DNA of 64,000 nucleotides from Spirochaetota bacterium (GTDB lineage Bacteria; Spirochaetota; UBA4802; UBA5550): NCBI GenBank assembly GCA_963663865.1, contig OY760686.1, positions 992,001 to 1,056,000 of the forward strand, read 5' to 3'. Shown piece by piece: positions 1 to 10,530 of this stretch (position 1 is its first letter; each line of letters starts with the position of its first letter). The notes under the pieces were generated by a model. It saw only the letters and a program-made list of their open reading frames with translations, ran no database searches and was not told where the DNA came from. The position numbers and the translations under genes were made by a program.

Positions 1-1
1 C

Positions 2-859
2 CTTCTCTCCGCTGTGCATAAGCAATTCGGCCAGAAGATTGCGAGGTTCAGGGGTTCCATGAAGGGACTTGAGGGCCTTCCTTCACTTCTGGCGGAATTC
101 ATTATAAGGGCAAATCCTATGCCCGATGACGGCGCTGAAAAGGTCTCTTACCGGAACTTGAAGATTGCCGGAGCTCTGGCGGCAGTCCTGGGGATGTGGC
201 TTGTCGTCAGCGCTGTAATCGGCGCCGTTGCGGATTACCGGATTGAGAAGAGTGCCTATTCAGCCCTTGCGCGGTCGATGCCTCCTTTCAGCTACGATCT
301 TGAACTGGAAGCCGATGACGGAACAGTTGCCGTGACCGGTACAGTGAGTTCTCCGGCATCAGCTGAAAAGGCGTCAAAGATTTTGTCAGGGGTAGAGTCT
401 GTAAAGGATGTTGAGAATCGGGCGGTAATCGCTGATTACAGGGCCGCAGAGAAATTCCGGACTGATATTTCCGGTTTCAGTGAGAGAATGGCCGTTTTCG
501 AGCTTCAGTTCGTCAGAAAAGAGCTTGAAGGAATCGTAATTCAGTTCCAGCCTGGTAATACCGGGCTCGGGGACAATCAGCTTATGCAGGTAAGACGGGC
601 TTATGAGATTATACGGCATTATCCTCACATATTCATTGAGGTTGTCGCTTTCAACGATCCTGCGGGCGGCTTTGAGCTTAACAGAAGATTGGCAGAGGAG
701 AGGATGAAGGCTGTAAGAAACTATCTTGTCAATGCCGGCCATCCATCCGGAAAAATAAAAACACTGCCCTTTAATCCAGACATAATATCGGCGGATCCCG
801 AATACGAGCGGTTCAGGGACGCGAGGGGAATAATGCTCTTTGCGAGGAGTTCAGACTGA
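2..859 (+). CDS. BON + OmpA-like domain membrane protein, 5'-truncated by the window edge
   Basis: Frame is open from position 2. One TM helix (IAGALAAVLGMWLVVSAVIGAV), BON-like segment (VAVTGTVSS...LSGVESVKDVEN), OmpA_C-like tail (IQFQPG...FND...NRRLAEERMKAVRNYL). Confidence 0.75.
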   Translation, partial: LLSAVHKQFGQKIARFRGSMKGLEGLPSLLAEFIIRANPMPDDGAEKVSYRNLKIAGALAAVLGMWLVVSAVIGAVADYRIEKSAYSALARSMPPFSYDLELEADDGTVAVTGTVSSPASAEKASKILSGVESVKDVENRAVIADYRAAEKFRTDISGFSERMAVFELQFVRKELEGIVIQFQPGNTGLGDNQLMQVRRAYEIIRHYPHIFIEVVAFNDPAGGFELNRRLAEERMKAVRNYLVNAGHPSGKIKTLPFNPDIISADPEYERFRDARGIMLFARSSD

Positions 860-887
860 AGGCGGGACATTTTACAGAGGAGACTGT

Positions 888-1421
888 ATGGCACCTGAAT
901 ACAAGTTCAAGATGGTAATGCTTGGCGATTTTGCTGTGGGAAAGACCAGCATAATTAGAAGGTTTGTCTTTGATGAATTCGGCGATACGTATCTTACGAC
1001 GATCGGGGTAAAAGTGACAAGAAAGGAAGCCGTTTTGAAAAATGGTGCAGGCGCTGACCTTTTGCTATGGGATATCGCGGGAAGCGACAGGTTTAACGAG
1101 GTGTCTCCTGAGTACGTCAAAGGTGCTTCAGCCGGCATAATTGTCGCCGATGTAACCCGCCCCTCAACAATAGACAGCATACAGACCCATGCCGAAATGA
1201 TAGGGAAGAATAACCCGGAAGCCGTGATTGCCGTGGCGCTCAATAAGTCCGATCTTTCTCATGACACTAATTCAGTAATGAAAACCGCCAGGGACATCAT
1301 AGACAAACTCGGCCTCAACTGGTATCCTTCGACTGTCGCCACAAGCGCAAAGACAGGGAAAAATGTCAATGAGCTGCTCATAAGCCTCGCGGAAGCGGCA
1401 GCAGAGTTCGGAGACAGATGA
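888..1421 (+). CDS. Ras/Rab-like small GTPase
   Basis: G1 GDFAVGKT, G2 TTIG, G3 WDIAG, G4 NKSD, G5 SAK; RBS GAGGAG before ATG 888. Confidence 0.9.
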   Translation: MAPEYKFKMVMLGDFAVGKTSIIRRFVFDEFGDTYLTTIGVKVTRKEAVLKNGAGADLLLWDIAGSDRFNEVSPEYVKGASAGIIVADVTRPSTIDSIQTHAEMIGKNNPEAVIAVALNKSDLSHDTNSVMKTARDIIDKLGLNWYPSTVATSAKTGKNVNELLISLAEAAAEFGDR

Positions 1422-2533
1422 AACACCAGTTCTCCTCAGAGCTCCATCATCGGTTTGGTTTTTACTACGCCCTGCTTGGACGTGACCTTAAATTGAAACA
1501 CGACGGGCCTGCTCTCAGGGCCTATCTCGGATGTTCCGATGCCCCTGATGAGGAAGACATAAGGGATGTGCTTCCCGAACTGTTCGGCTATGAGAAAGAC
1601 CTCAGGGCCGTTATCAGCGGCGGACGTCAAGAGCTTGAACTGACTGGAATCAACCGTGATGATAATGAGGGTATCTGTTTTAACCTTCACATAATAAATT
1701 ACGAATACAGGGGGCATCCCGCGATAGTCGTTGTTCACGATGTGACCGGCGATGTGTGCGCGATGAGGTCCATCCAGCAGAGCCGTAACGAGGTTATACT
1801 GCTTCAGCATGAACTCATCGACAAGAACAGCGAGCTCGATGCCGCGAACAGAGCCCTTATCGTGAGCCGTGATGAGGCCACGACCCTGAATCAGGAGCTT
1901 GAGGCAAAGGTTGCAGAGAGGACGGCCGAGCTTGAAGCCAGCTACGAGAAGGCCAGGAGGCTTTTCTACCAGACGGTCAACTCCCTGACCCAGGCCCTTG
2001 AGATCAGAGATCCATACACCGCAGGGCATCAGCAGCGCGTGGCTCATCTCGCAGCGGCAATAGCCGAAAAGATGCGGATTGACAGGGACACGGTTGAGGG
2101 AATTTACGTTGCCGGGCAGCTGCACGACATAGGAAAGATATACGTCCCGAGCGAGTTTTTAACCAAGCCCGGAGTGCTGCCCGAAGAAGAATACAATGTC
2201 ATCAAGACACATGCCATTATGGGTTTCGAAATTATCAAGAATATTGAGTTTCCATGGCCTGTCGCGGCGGTTATCCTCCAGCATCATGAGCGCATTGACG
2301 GAAGCGGTTATCCCTACGGTCTTGAGGGCGATGAGATACGCCTTGAATCAAGGATTCTTGCCGTAGCTGACGTCGTTGAAGCAATGAGCACAAACAGGCC
2401 TTACCGCGTCTCGCCCGGGGTGCATGAGGCTATTCAGGAGATAACCTCGTTCAGAGGAGTCAAATACGACCGTGAAGCCGCCGATGCCTGTATTGAGCTT
2501 TTCGAATTCGGCGAGTTCCGCTGGGACGATTAG
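1418..2533 (+). CDS. HD-GYP cyclic-dinucleotide phosphodiesterase with N-terminal PAS-like region and coiled coil
   Basis: RDPYTAGHQQRV, LHDIGK, HHERIDGSGYPYGL, RPYR; ATGA overlap with the GTPase stop. Confidence 0.9.
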   Translation: MKHQFSSELHHRFGFYYALLGRDLKLKHDGPALRAYLGCSDAPDEEDIRDVLPELFGYEKDLRAVISGGRQELELTGINRDDNEGICFNLHIINYEYRGHPAIVVVHDVTGDVCAMRSIQQSRNEVILLQHELIDKNSELDAANRALIVSRDEATTLNQELEAKVAERTAELEASYEKARRLFYQTVNSLTQALEIRDPYTAGHQQRVAHLAAAIAEKMRIDRDTVEGIYVAGQLHDIGKIYVPSEFLTKPGVLPEEEYNVIKTHAIMGFEIIKNIEFPWPVAAVILQHHERIDGSGYPYGLEGDEIRLESRILAVADVVEAMSTNRPYRVSPGVHEAIQEITSFRGVKYDREAADACIELFEFGEFRWDD

Positions 2534-2535
2534 GG

Positions 2536-4179
2536 CTAAGGTAGAAACCTCTGCGCCATCGGAATTCTCCTGCCTGTCCCGAATGCCTTTCCGGTAATCT
2601 TCAGCCCGGGAGCCGCCTGACGTCTCTTGTATTCGTTAATGTTAACTGTCCTCAGTACACGGTTGACTGTCTCCTCGTCAAAGCCGGCCGCTATAATCTC
2701 CCGTGATGATTTGTACTCCTCAATGTAGAGCTCAAGAATCGCGTCGAGCACATCGTAGGGAGGAAGGCTGTCCTGGTCCTTCTGGTCAGGTCTCAGCTCG
2801 GCTGAAGGGGGTTTCTCAATGGTAGCGGGAGGAATGGTCTCCCGTTCGCGGTTGAGATGTCGGGAAAGCTCGTAGACGACAGTCTTCGGAAGGTCTGATA
2901 TTACGGCAAGGCCTCCGTTCATGTCGCCGTAAAGCGTACAGTAGCCCATAGCCAGTTCCGACTTGTTGCCGGTGGTGAGAAGCAGTCTGCCGGTCTTGTT
3001 GCTGACCGCCATAAGGAGTGTTCCCCGTATGCGTGCCTGGAGATTCTCTTCGGTGATGTCAGGCTCCAGGCCGGCGAAGAGCTCGGAAAGAGATGTGTTG
3101 AATTCATCATAAATCGGTTTGATAGGTATTGTCTGAATTTCAATACCCAGATTATGGGCCAGACGGTATGAATCGTCGACGCTCCCGCGCGATGAGTACA
3201 TTGAGGGCATTGTGATGCCCAGAACATTCTGAGGACCGAGGGCTTCAGCCGCAATAGAAGCGGTCAGCGCGGAGTCAATTCCTCCTGAAAGGCCGATTAA
3301 AGCCTGCTTGAAACCGCATTTGGCGGCATAATCCCTGACGCCGGTTACAAGGGCCATCCTGATGTCCTCGAGGTCATTGAATATCAGTTCAGCCTGCTCA
3401 GAACAGTCCGTATCGGCTATAATAAGACTCTCCGTGAAAGCCCCCGCGTGTGAAGTGATGACGCCCTTTTCGTTTACGTACACGCTGTTGCCGTCAAAAA
3501 TCAGGCTGTCATTTCCGCCGGTCTGATTTACGTATACAAGTCCAAAGGAAAACTCCGAGGCAAGCCGGCTGAGCATTCTGAGCCGCGTCCGGTTCTTGCC
3601 CCTTACGAAGGGGGAGGCTGAAAGGTTTATCATCAGGTCGATGCCTTCAGCGGCCAGAATGCGCACCGGGTCTTCAGGATAGCTCACCTTTTCCATGAGC
3701 TTGTCTCCTTCAACTTCAACGCTGTTCCAGATGTCCTCGCATATTGTTATTCCGATTTTCATTCCTGCGAAATCGAAGGGATGGTGCTCCCGGGCGGGCG
3801 TGAAGTAACGTTTCTCGTCGAAGACATCGTACTGCGGCAGGAGGGTTTTGCTCTGAGTAAAGGCGATATCTCCGTCGTTGATGAAGGCCGCCGAGTTAAG
3901 AAGCATCGGGGTGTTGTCCGGGTCGCAGTCGACATATCCGCAGACGACGGCTATTCCGCGGCACTCTTCGGCAATGGTTTTCAGAGCGCGTATGTTGTCG
4001 GATATAAGCTTTCCGTTTTTCAAAAGGTCCATCGGCGGGTAACCTGTCACCGCCAGCTCAGGAAAGACGGCTATAAGGGCGCCGGCATCCTTTGCCCTGT
4101 TGGCGAAGCTGATGATCTTCCGCGTGTTGCCTTCAATGTCGGCTATAGTCGGGTTTATCTGAGCCAGCGCTATCTTCAT
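2536..4179 (-). CDS. nadE: Glutamine-dependent NAD+ synthetase
   Basis: Nitrilase-like N-domain (FPEL, ICED) and synthetase domain (GLSGGIDS, ENLQARIRG, TGNKSE, KPPSAELRPDQKD). Confidence 0.95.
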   Translation of the reverse strand: MKIALAQINPTIADIEGNTRKIISFANRAKDAGALIAVFPELAVTGYPPMDLLKNGKLISDNIRALKTIAEECRGIAVVCGYVDCDPDNTPMLLNSAAFINDGDIAFTQSKTLLPQYDVFDEKRYFTPAREHHPFDFAGMKIGITICEDIWNSVEVEGDKLMEKVSYPEDPVRILAAEGIDLMINLSASPFVRGKNRTRLRMLSRLASEFSFGLVYVNQTGGNDSLIFDGNSVYVNEKGVITSHAGAFTESLIIADTDCSEQAELIFNDLEDIRMALVTGVRDYAAKCGFKQALIGLSGGIDSALTASIAAEALGPQNVLGITMPSMYSSRGSVDDSYRLAHNLGIEIQTIPIKPIYDEFNTSLSELFAGLEPDITEENLQARIRGTLLMAVSNKTGRLLLTTGNKSELAMGYCTLYGDMNGGLAVISDLPKTVVYELSRHLNRERETIPPATIEKPPSAELRPDQKDQDSLPPYDVLDAILELYIEEYKSSREIIAAGFDEETVNRVLRTVNINEYKRRQAAPGLKITGKAFGTGRRIPMAQRFLP

Positions 4180-4395
4180 AATCAGCCTCCGTTGCGGTCT
4201 TGAGACGATTATTGAAAAGAGCTCCATCCTGACAAATGTTTTTTAGGGGCAGTAAATCAATATGCTAAAAATCGTTCAGACAGTAAAGTCCGGCCGGGCT
4301 TAAAAAAAATCGCTCTGAAGGTAATTTCATCCGTTAACCCTTTGCCTGAGTAAAGGCCTCCCATGACAGGGGGAAATATCAGACGGAGGATAAAC

Positions 4396-7300
4396 ATGGT
4401 AAAAAGAAAATTGCTGTGGCTGCTTATCGCCGCCGCGTTCTTTCTAAGCGCGGGATGCGCCGGCCGTGGAACAGAGCTCATAGCTGAATACATTGATGAG
4501 CCTTCCCAGCCGGAGGAGACGGGAGATGAGTACGAGGCTCATGAGCTCTTTGAAGGAGGGCCGGGGAATACTGTTTCGGCGGCCAGCTATCTTGACACAT
4601 CGGACTGCGTTAATACAAATATCGCGGAGGACTTTGACGGAGACGGCATTAGAAACGTCAATGAGACGGCGACCAATATGTGGGCCGCCGACTATCCGGT
4701 TATTGAAGCCGGCATCTCGGTTCCCGTACATATGAAGATTGAGGTGAAGGTCGGCAAAAACGGCGTGGTAAAAGAACACTCCTCAAGCATTGAGGACGAC
4801 CACGTTGAGAGTACCAAAAACCGCTCAACCGAAGAGGAGCACCGCAACGAGATCAACCTCAAGACGGTGCAGTTTCAGGACTCAATGAACGAGAGCAAGA
4901 GCAAAAGCAGCACGGTAAAGAGGGCCTATGAGGCTTCTTTCAGCAGTGATTCACTGCTCGGAGGGGTATCGGGAAGCATGTCCTATTCGGGGGAGGACTC
5001 AAGCTCGTCGTCAAGCTCATACGGCGAGACCAAAACGAAATGGGCCGACAAGCCTTTCAAGAATAACCTGAACAAAAAGGGCTGGGCCCTCAGAGGCGAG
5101 GAGGCCTCGAAGAAGTCTCGCGAGCTGCGCAGGGAAACCCGAAGCGAGGACGAGGTCAGAACCGAGGTACTTCCCAACGCGGGCAAGGTAACCGCATCGC
5201 TCTACATCGTCAACGAGAGCGTCGACATGCCCGTCAGGGTTTCGAACATCATGTGTTCGCTGATGCTCGAAACAGGTTCCGGAGAGCTCATACCGATGCA
5301 GAGCTTTATCCTCAGGAATGAAGATTATTCCGTTTTTGAGGTGGATTTGTACGGAGGGGAGGAGTTCAGCCCCTATGTGATTGAACTTGACGGGCTGAAT
5401 ACGGCAGAGATACAGAACGCCATCCTTAAGGGCTATAATCCAAAAATATACATTATAGACTACGATTTGGCACATGTTCCGGATTCAAACTACCGCAACC
5501 TGCTTACCTCTCCGAGCAACAACGGCTTCTCGGGTGATAACGTCAAGATTGTTGAGGAGAACGCCAAGGGGCGCACCGCGGGTATCAAGCTTGTCGGGCC
5601 GAATCTGAGGGAATACTACAGGGTTTCGGCGTTTGCTCTTGCAGACTCTTCGGGAAATGATATTGAGGATGATGGGGCCGTGGATATCAGGCGGCCGTCG
5701 GACTATTATCTGACTGCCGGTGTCTCACTTGAGAGGGCGCTGAAGCGGCTGGAGCTATCGGGGACTGATATCGAAACCGCGGACATTGTTCTTGACTACA
5801 GTGACTGTCTCAGCGGGGGCAGGGTAAAGAGGTTCATGGCAAGATGTGTAGTTTCGGTTAACGGCTATGACAGCAGCCTTCCTCTGTCTGAACGGGTTGC
5901 TGAGAATCCCTTCATCAGGGACGGAAGAAAGATCTACGTGATGAAGCCGGTTTCAGAGTGGACAGAAGAGGAAATTCAGAAGGCGGCATTCTGGGTCGTC
6001 TTCGCCGACGGCCGGTTCTATTCCCCTGTTGCTGAGAGGAGAATTCTTGACGGAACCAGCAGCTCCGCCGCGGGCCTTCCGGAGTTCAGCTACACTGAAA
6101 TCGGAGGGAACGAGGTCAGCGTGCCCGTCCTTGGAGGCATAGCAAACACGATCTGGCCCGGAGACCACTACGATATTGTCTGCTTGAACATTGGCGAGTA
6201 TCTGGGGCTTATGGATAAATTCGGCTACAACCCCCTGCAGACGGGCGAAAAGCTGGCATTCAATACAAGGTGGACAAACGAATCCCTTGGAGAAAGGCCG
6301 CATGATCCTGATGCCGGGAGCATATACCTGGGCGAGGCCGTGCAGGGCGATATTATTACTCTGAATGTGGCCCTTGACCGGACAATGCACCTGGGCCCTT
6401 CGTTCGGAACAGCGCTGAGGGAAAAACCGGGGGCCTCAATATACAGTGATTTCAGCTATATACTGAATGGACAGGAAAGGGCCGTTGACACTGCATTCAG
6501 TCCTGAACAAGCTGTGGATATGCAGGTCAGCTTCGGTCTCGGCGGCTCGCGTACCGACTGGTACGATGTATTGGCAGAGCCGGTTCATCACAGCATATCA
6601 TGGGACTACCTAACCCGGACGGTTCAGGTCAGAATTGAAGTCCCCGGTTCTCTTGAAGGCATGAATCCGGACGGCGCCGTTAACCTTTTCCTGAGGACCA
6701 GCCCCCTGAGCTGTTACAGGGAATGCTTCTGGCCCCTCTCCTGGAAGGATATACGGCCTTTCAGAGGCAGTGTCGAGTTAATAGAACCTGAGAGTGAGGG
6801 GCTGTATGCCGTGACAGTCAAAGATATTACGGGAGATATAAACCTGATAGACCCGGATGCCGGCGGGAACATGGTTTGCATTACAGACGGAAACGAAGCC
6901 TCGTACCGGGTTGAAAGCCTTGAGAGACAATCGACGGGCAGCGCGGTGCTGAGGGTCCGGGGGCTTTCACCTCATCACAGGGAGGGCGACTCTGTCTGGG
7001 CTGGAGAACCGGCTGCCAGGGAAAGCTCGCCGCGTCTCGCCATTAGTGACGGCTTTTTCAGCTCATGGAACTCATACTCGAACCAGCAGGGCTGGCCAGA
7101 GGGGAGGTGGCACAGGCTTCTCAACCTTTCATACGACAGCACGTTGATGTTCAAGGGATGTACAACCTCCGGTCAGGCTCTCAACTGGTGCGGCTACGGT
7201 AACGACTCTTACACGGAATGCAATTCCTGGGCGGATGCTTCAGATACAGGCAGCTTTATTCCCCTTGCAAATAGCTCCTGTTTCGCGGAGGCCGGAAGCG

Positions 7301-8682
7301 AAAAATACCATCTCGTGTCTTCACCGGGCGTTGTTGCTGGTGAAGTACCTCTTCCGGATCTCTTTGACGGGGTCGCTGAAGGAGGAATGGTGAGGGCAGC
7401 AGTATCAGGGGACAAAGCTCTCATAGCCTGGTTGAGAGAGAAGGACGGAGTTTATACAATTCAAGCAGGTATAACCGGCGGGATTGAAGGAGCTCCGGTA
7501 TCGAATTACGTCGATGTCTGTTCCGAAAGCGCAGAGCCCGGCAATTTTGAGATTGTTTTCAACGGCAGGCAGGCCGCGGTGTTCTGGATGGCGGCCGCCC
7601 CGAATGACGGAATAACGGTAAAGTCAAGGATGTATCACTTTGATTCGGCTGCCGGCGAGATTTATCCTGCCGGAGAGGAGATGAAGATAGTGCCGAATAC
7701 CTACAGCGCTTCTATATCATTCGCCGCGGTTTCTCAGAACAACAGGGCATACATCGTATGGGCAGAGAACCATGAGAGAGGAACGATGAACGCTCTTATC
7801 AGATACGCGTCTGTCGACATGGAAACCGCTCTTATCGTCTCGAACCCGAGACAGCTGTTGTCGCGGCAGCAGTCTTACTTCACCGTACCTCGGCTTTACA
7901 GCTATGGCGGCAGGACCTGCGTTGTTTTCCGACAGGGAGAATACAACCTGAGCCGGGCTGCCATACACTGCTATGTTTTGAACTCGTCAGGTGAACCTGA
8001 GCGGAACTATGTGATGTTCCAGGAAGATTCAAATTTTCTTTCAGAGCCGTATATTGCCGGAAGCGGAAGCAGCCTTCTTGTCGCTGCGTATTATACCGGA
8101 ATAAGCAGCAGGGCCGTTGCCCGTGTTTGCCGTATGGCAGGGGGGAACAGTGTCACCAATCCATTTGAGATATCTGAAGACCCTGGCGAGCTGTCAGTTA
8201 CCTCTCATGGCGGCCGCTGTTTCGCCGCGTGGTCGGGAACAGTCAATTCGCGTAAAATCGCGAGAATCAGAGAGATATCTATCAGCGGCGCCTCTGTTGC
8301 CGGAGGAATATTCGAGGTAGACAGGAGAGCCGCCGGAAACCACCTGAATGTGTCCGCCTCATGCAATGGAGACAGGCTTCTTCTAAGCTGGAACTCACAG
8401 GATGACAACAGCGGGACCAGAATCTGCGGGGAGATGTTTTACTTAAGCCCCGCAGGAATATACAGCGCCGGGGCCGGCATTCTCGAAATCCCTTCCGGAG
8501 GCAGCATTCAAAGTGTCAGACCTGTTGCATTCGGCAAGGGCTTTATAGGTACGGGGAGGAAAGCTGAATTTGAGGAGAATATGTTCATGATATCTCCGGG
8601 GAACAGCTTTGGTCCGGAGTGCTTCCTGAGGGCCCCTCTGATTGAAAGGGACTACACAGTGACTGCGGAAATATTTGAATAG
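4396..8682 (+). CDS. Large lipoprotein with N-terminal protective-antigen/binary-toxin-B-like region and C-terminal beta-propeller-like repeats
   Basis: RBS GGAGG; signal peptide and lipobox (FFLSAGC); DFDGDG Ca-binding motif, AADYPVI, Ser-rich segment; repeated blade-like motifs ending in W/F at the C-terminus. Confidence 0.75.
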   Translation: MVKRKLLWLLIAAAFFLSAGCAGRGTELIAEYIDEPSQPEETGDEYEAHELFEGGPGNTVSAASYLDTSDCVNTNIAEDFDGDGIRNVNETATNMWAADYPVIEAGISVPVHMKIEVKVGKNGVVKEHSSSIEDDHVESTKNRSTEEEHRNEINLKTVQFQDSMNESKSKSSTVKRAYEASFSSDSLLGGVSGSMSYSGEDSSSSSSSYGETKTKWADKPFKNNLNKKGWALRGEEASKKSRELRRETRSEDEVRTEVLPNAGKVTASLYIVNESVDMPVRVSNIMCSLMLETGSGELIPMQSFILRNEDYSVFEVDLYGGEEFSPYVIELDGLNTAEIQNAILKGYNPKIYIIDYDLAHVPDSNYRNLLTSPSNNGFSGDNVKIVEENAKGRTAGIKLVGPNLREYYRVSAFALADSSGNDIEDDGAVDIRRPSDYYLTAGVSLERALKRLELSGTDIETADIVLDYSDCLSGGRVKRFMARCVVSVNGYDSSLPLSERVAENPFIRDGRKIYVMKPVSEWTEEEIQKAAFWVVFADGRFYSPVAERRILDGTSSSAAGLPEFSYTEIGGNEVSVPVLGGIANTIWPGDHYDIVCLNIGEYLGLMDKFGYNPLQTGEKLAFNTRWTNESLGERPHDPDAGSIYLGEAVQGDIITLNVALDRTMHLGPSFGTALREKPGASIYSDFSYILNGQERAVDTAFSPEQAVDMQVSFGLGGSRTDWYDVLAEPVHHSISWDYLTRTVQVRIEVPGSLEGMNPDGAVNLFLRTSPLSCYRECFWPLSWKDIRPFRGSVELIEPESEGLYAVTVKDITGDINLIDPDAGGNMVCITDGNEASYRVESLERQSTGSAVLRVRGLSPHHREGDSVWAGEPAARESSPRLAISDGFFSSWNSYSNQQGWPEGRWHRLLNLSYDSTLMFKGCTTSGQALNWCGYGNDSYTECNSWADASDTGSFIPLANSSCFAEAGSEKYHLVSSPGVVAGEVPLPDLFDGVAEGGMVRAAVSGDKALIAWLREKDGVYTIQAGITGGIEGAPVSNYVDVCSESAEPGNFEIVFNGRQAAVFWMAAAPNDGITVKSRMYHFDSAAGEIYPAGEEMKIVPNTYSASISFAAVSQNNRAYIVWAENHERGTMNALIRYASVDMETALIVSNPRQLLSRQQSYFTVPRLYSYGGRTCVVFRQGEYNLSRAAIHCYVLNSSGEPERNYVMFQEDSNFLSEPYIAGSGSSLLVAAYYTGISSRAVARVCRMAGGNSVTNPFEISEDPGELSVTSHGGRCFAAWSGTVNSRKIARIREISISGASVAGGIFEVDRRAAGNHLNVSASCNGDRLLLSWNSQDDNSGTRICGEMFYLSPAGIYSAGAGILEIPSGGSIQSVRPVAFGKGFIGTGRKAEFEENMFMISPGNSFGPECFLRAPLIERDYTVTAEIFE

Positions 8683-8799
8683 CATGAAGCTGAAAGGTCG
8701 TGAACAAGGGGGGATGCTCTGTTCGCGGGAAAAGGCCCGTTGAGACGGAGAGCTCCCGGCTCTTGCATGGCTAATGTTGTTAAGCAGAAAGCAAAAATA

Positions 8800-8830
8800 T
8801 CTGCGCGGTGCCGGTACGGCACCGCGCAGA
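8800..8830. terminator. Hairpin between convergent genes, probable terminator
   Basis: Perfect 14-bp stem TCTGCGCGGTGCCG-GTA-CGGCACCGCGCAGA just past the leuB stop; A-run on the left gives a U-tract on the minus strand. Confidence 0.7.
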
Positions 8831-8842
8831 GCTCTCTGTTTC

Positions 8843-9925
<1,083 letters not shown>

Positions 9926-10017
9926 TTATTATTTGGCTCAGAAAAAAATTCCGCATAGCAAATAGCAAGTAACGCTGAATTATCGCAGATTCACCGGGGC
10001 TTATGTCAAATATAAAT

Positions 10018-10530
10018 TTAATCTGTGTCCGGCAGGCGGAGCAGCCGGTCAAAGCTTATCCGTTCACCCGCGAGCTCACGGCTAAGCCCGTTTTCACGTG
10101 CGTACATTATGTTGATATTCGCGAGGAGAGCGTTGATTCGGTCCATATCGAGAAGGAGGGAGGAGTCAACCTGTCCGGTTTCTGTGAAGTTGAGCGTGCA
10201 TACCGATATTTCAGGCTCATCATCTTCAAACCCGTAAATGAGCGGAAGCCCCTGCGTGCGGCAGACCACAGGCCTGGATTTATAGATGACGCAGCGGTCT
10301 TTGCGTAGAAAGACACATCCCCCGTTTGGGTTCAAAGCGGTGATCCCCGCATCTTCAAGGCCTTTTTTCATGATGTACGCCTCTACAGGGAATACAGTCA
10401 GGCCTGCGATACAGCAGGAGGAGCAGCCGGAGGAGCATTTTATCTCGTCACGGCACTCGGCTTCAACTCTGCGTGAGTGGCTGTCTATGCTGGCAATGAG
10501 CTGGTCGTACAGACTGAGAGAGCTATTCAT
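10018..10530 (-). CDS. YkgJ-family cysteine-cluster (Fe/Zn-binding) protein
   Basis: CSSGCSSCC ... CVFL...CVIYKSRPVVCRTQG pattern. Confidence 0.8.
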   Translation of the reverse strand: MNSSLSLYDQLIASIDSHSRRVEAECRDEIKCSSGCSSCCIAGLTVFPVEAYIMKKGLEDAGITALNPNGGCVFLRKDRCVIYKSRPVVCRTQGLPLIYGFEDDEPEISVCTLNFTETGQVDSSLLLDMDRINALLANINIMYARENGLSRELAGERISFDRLLRLPDTD

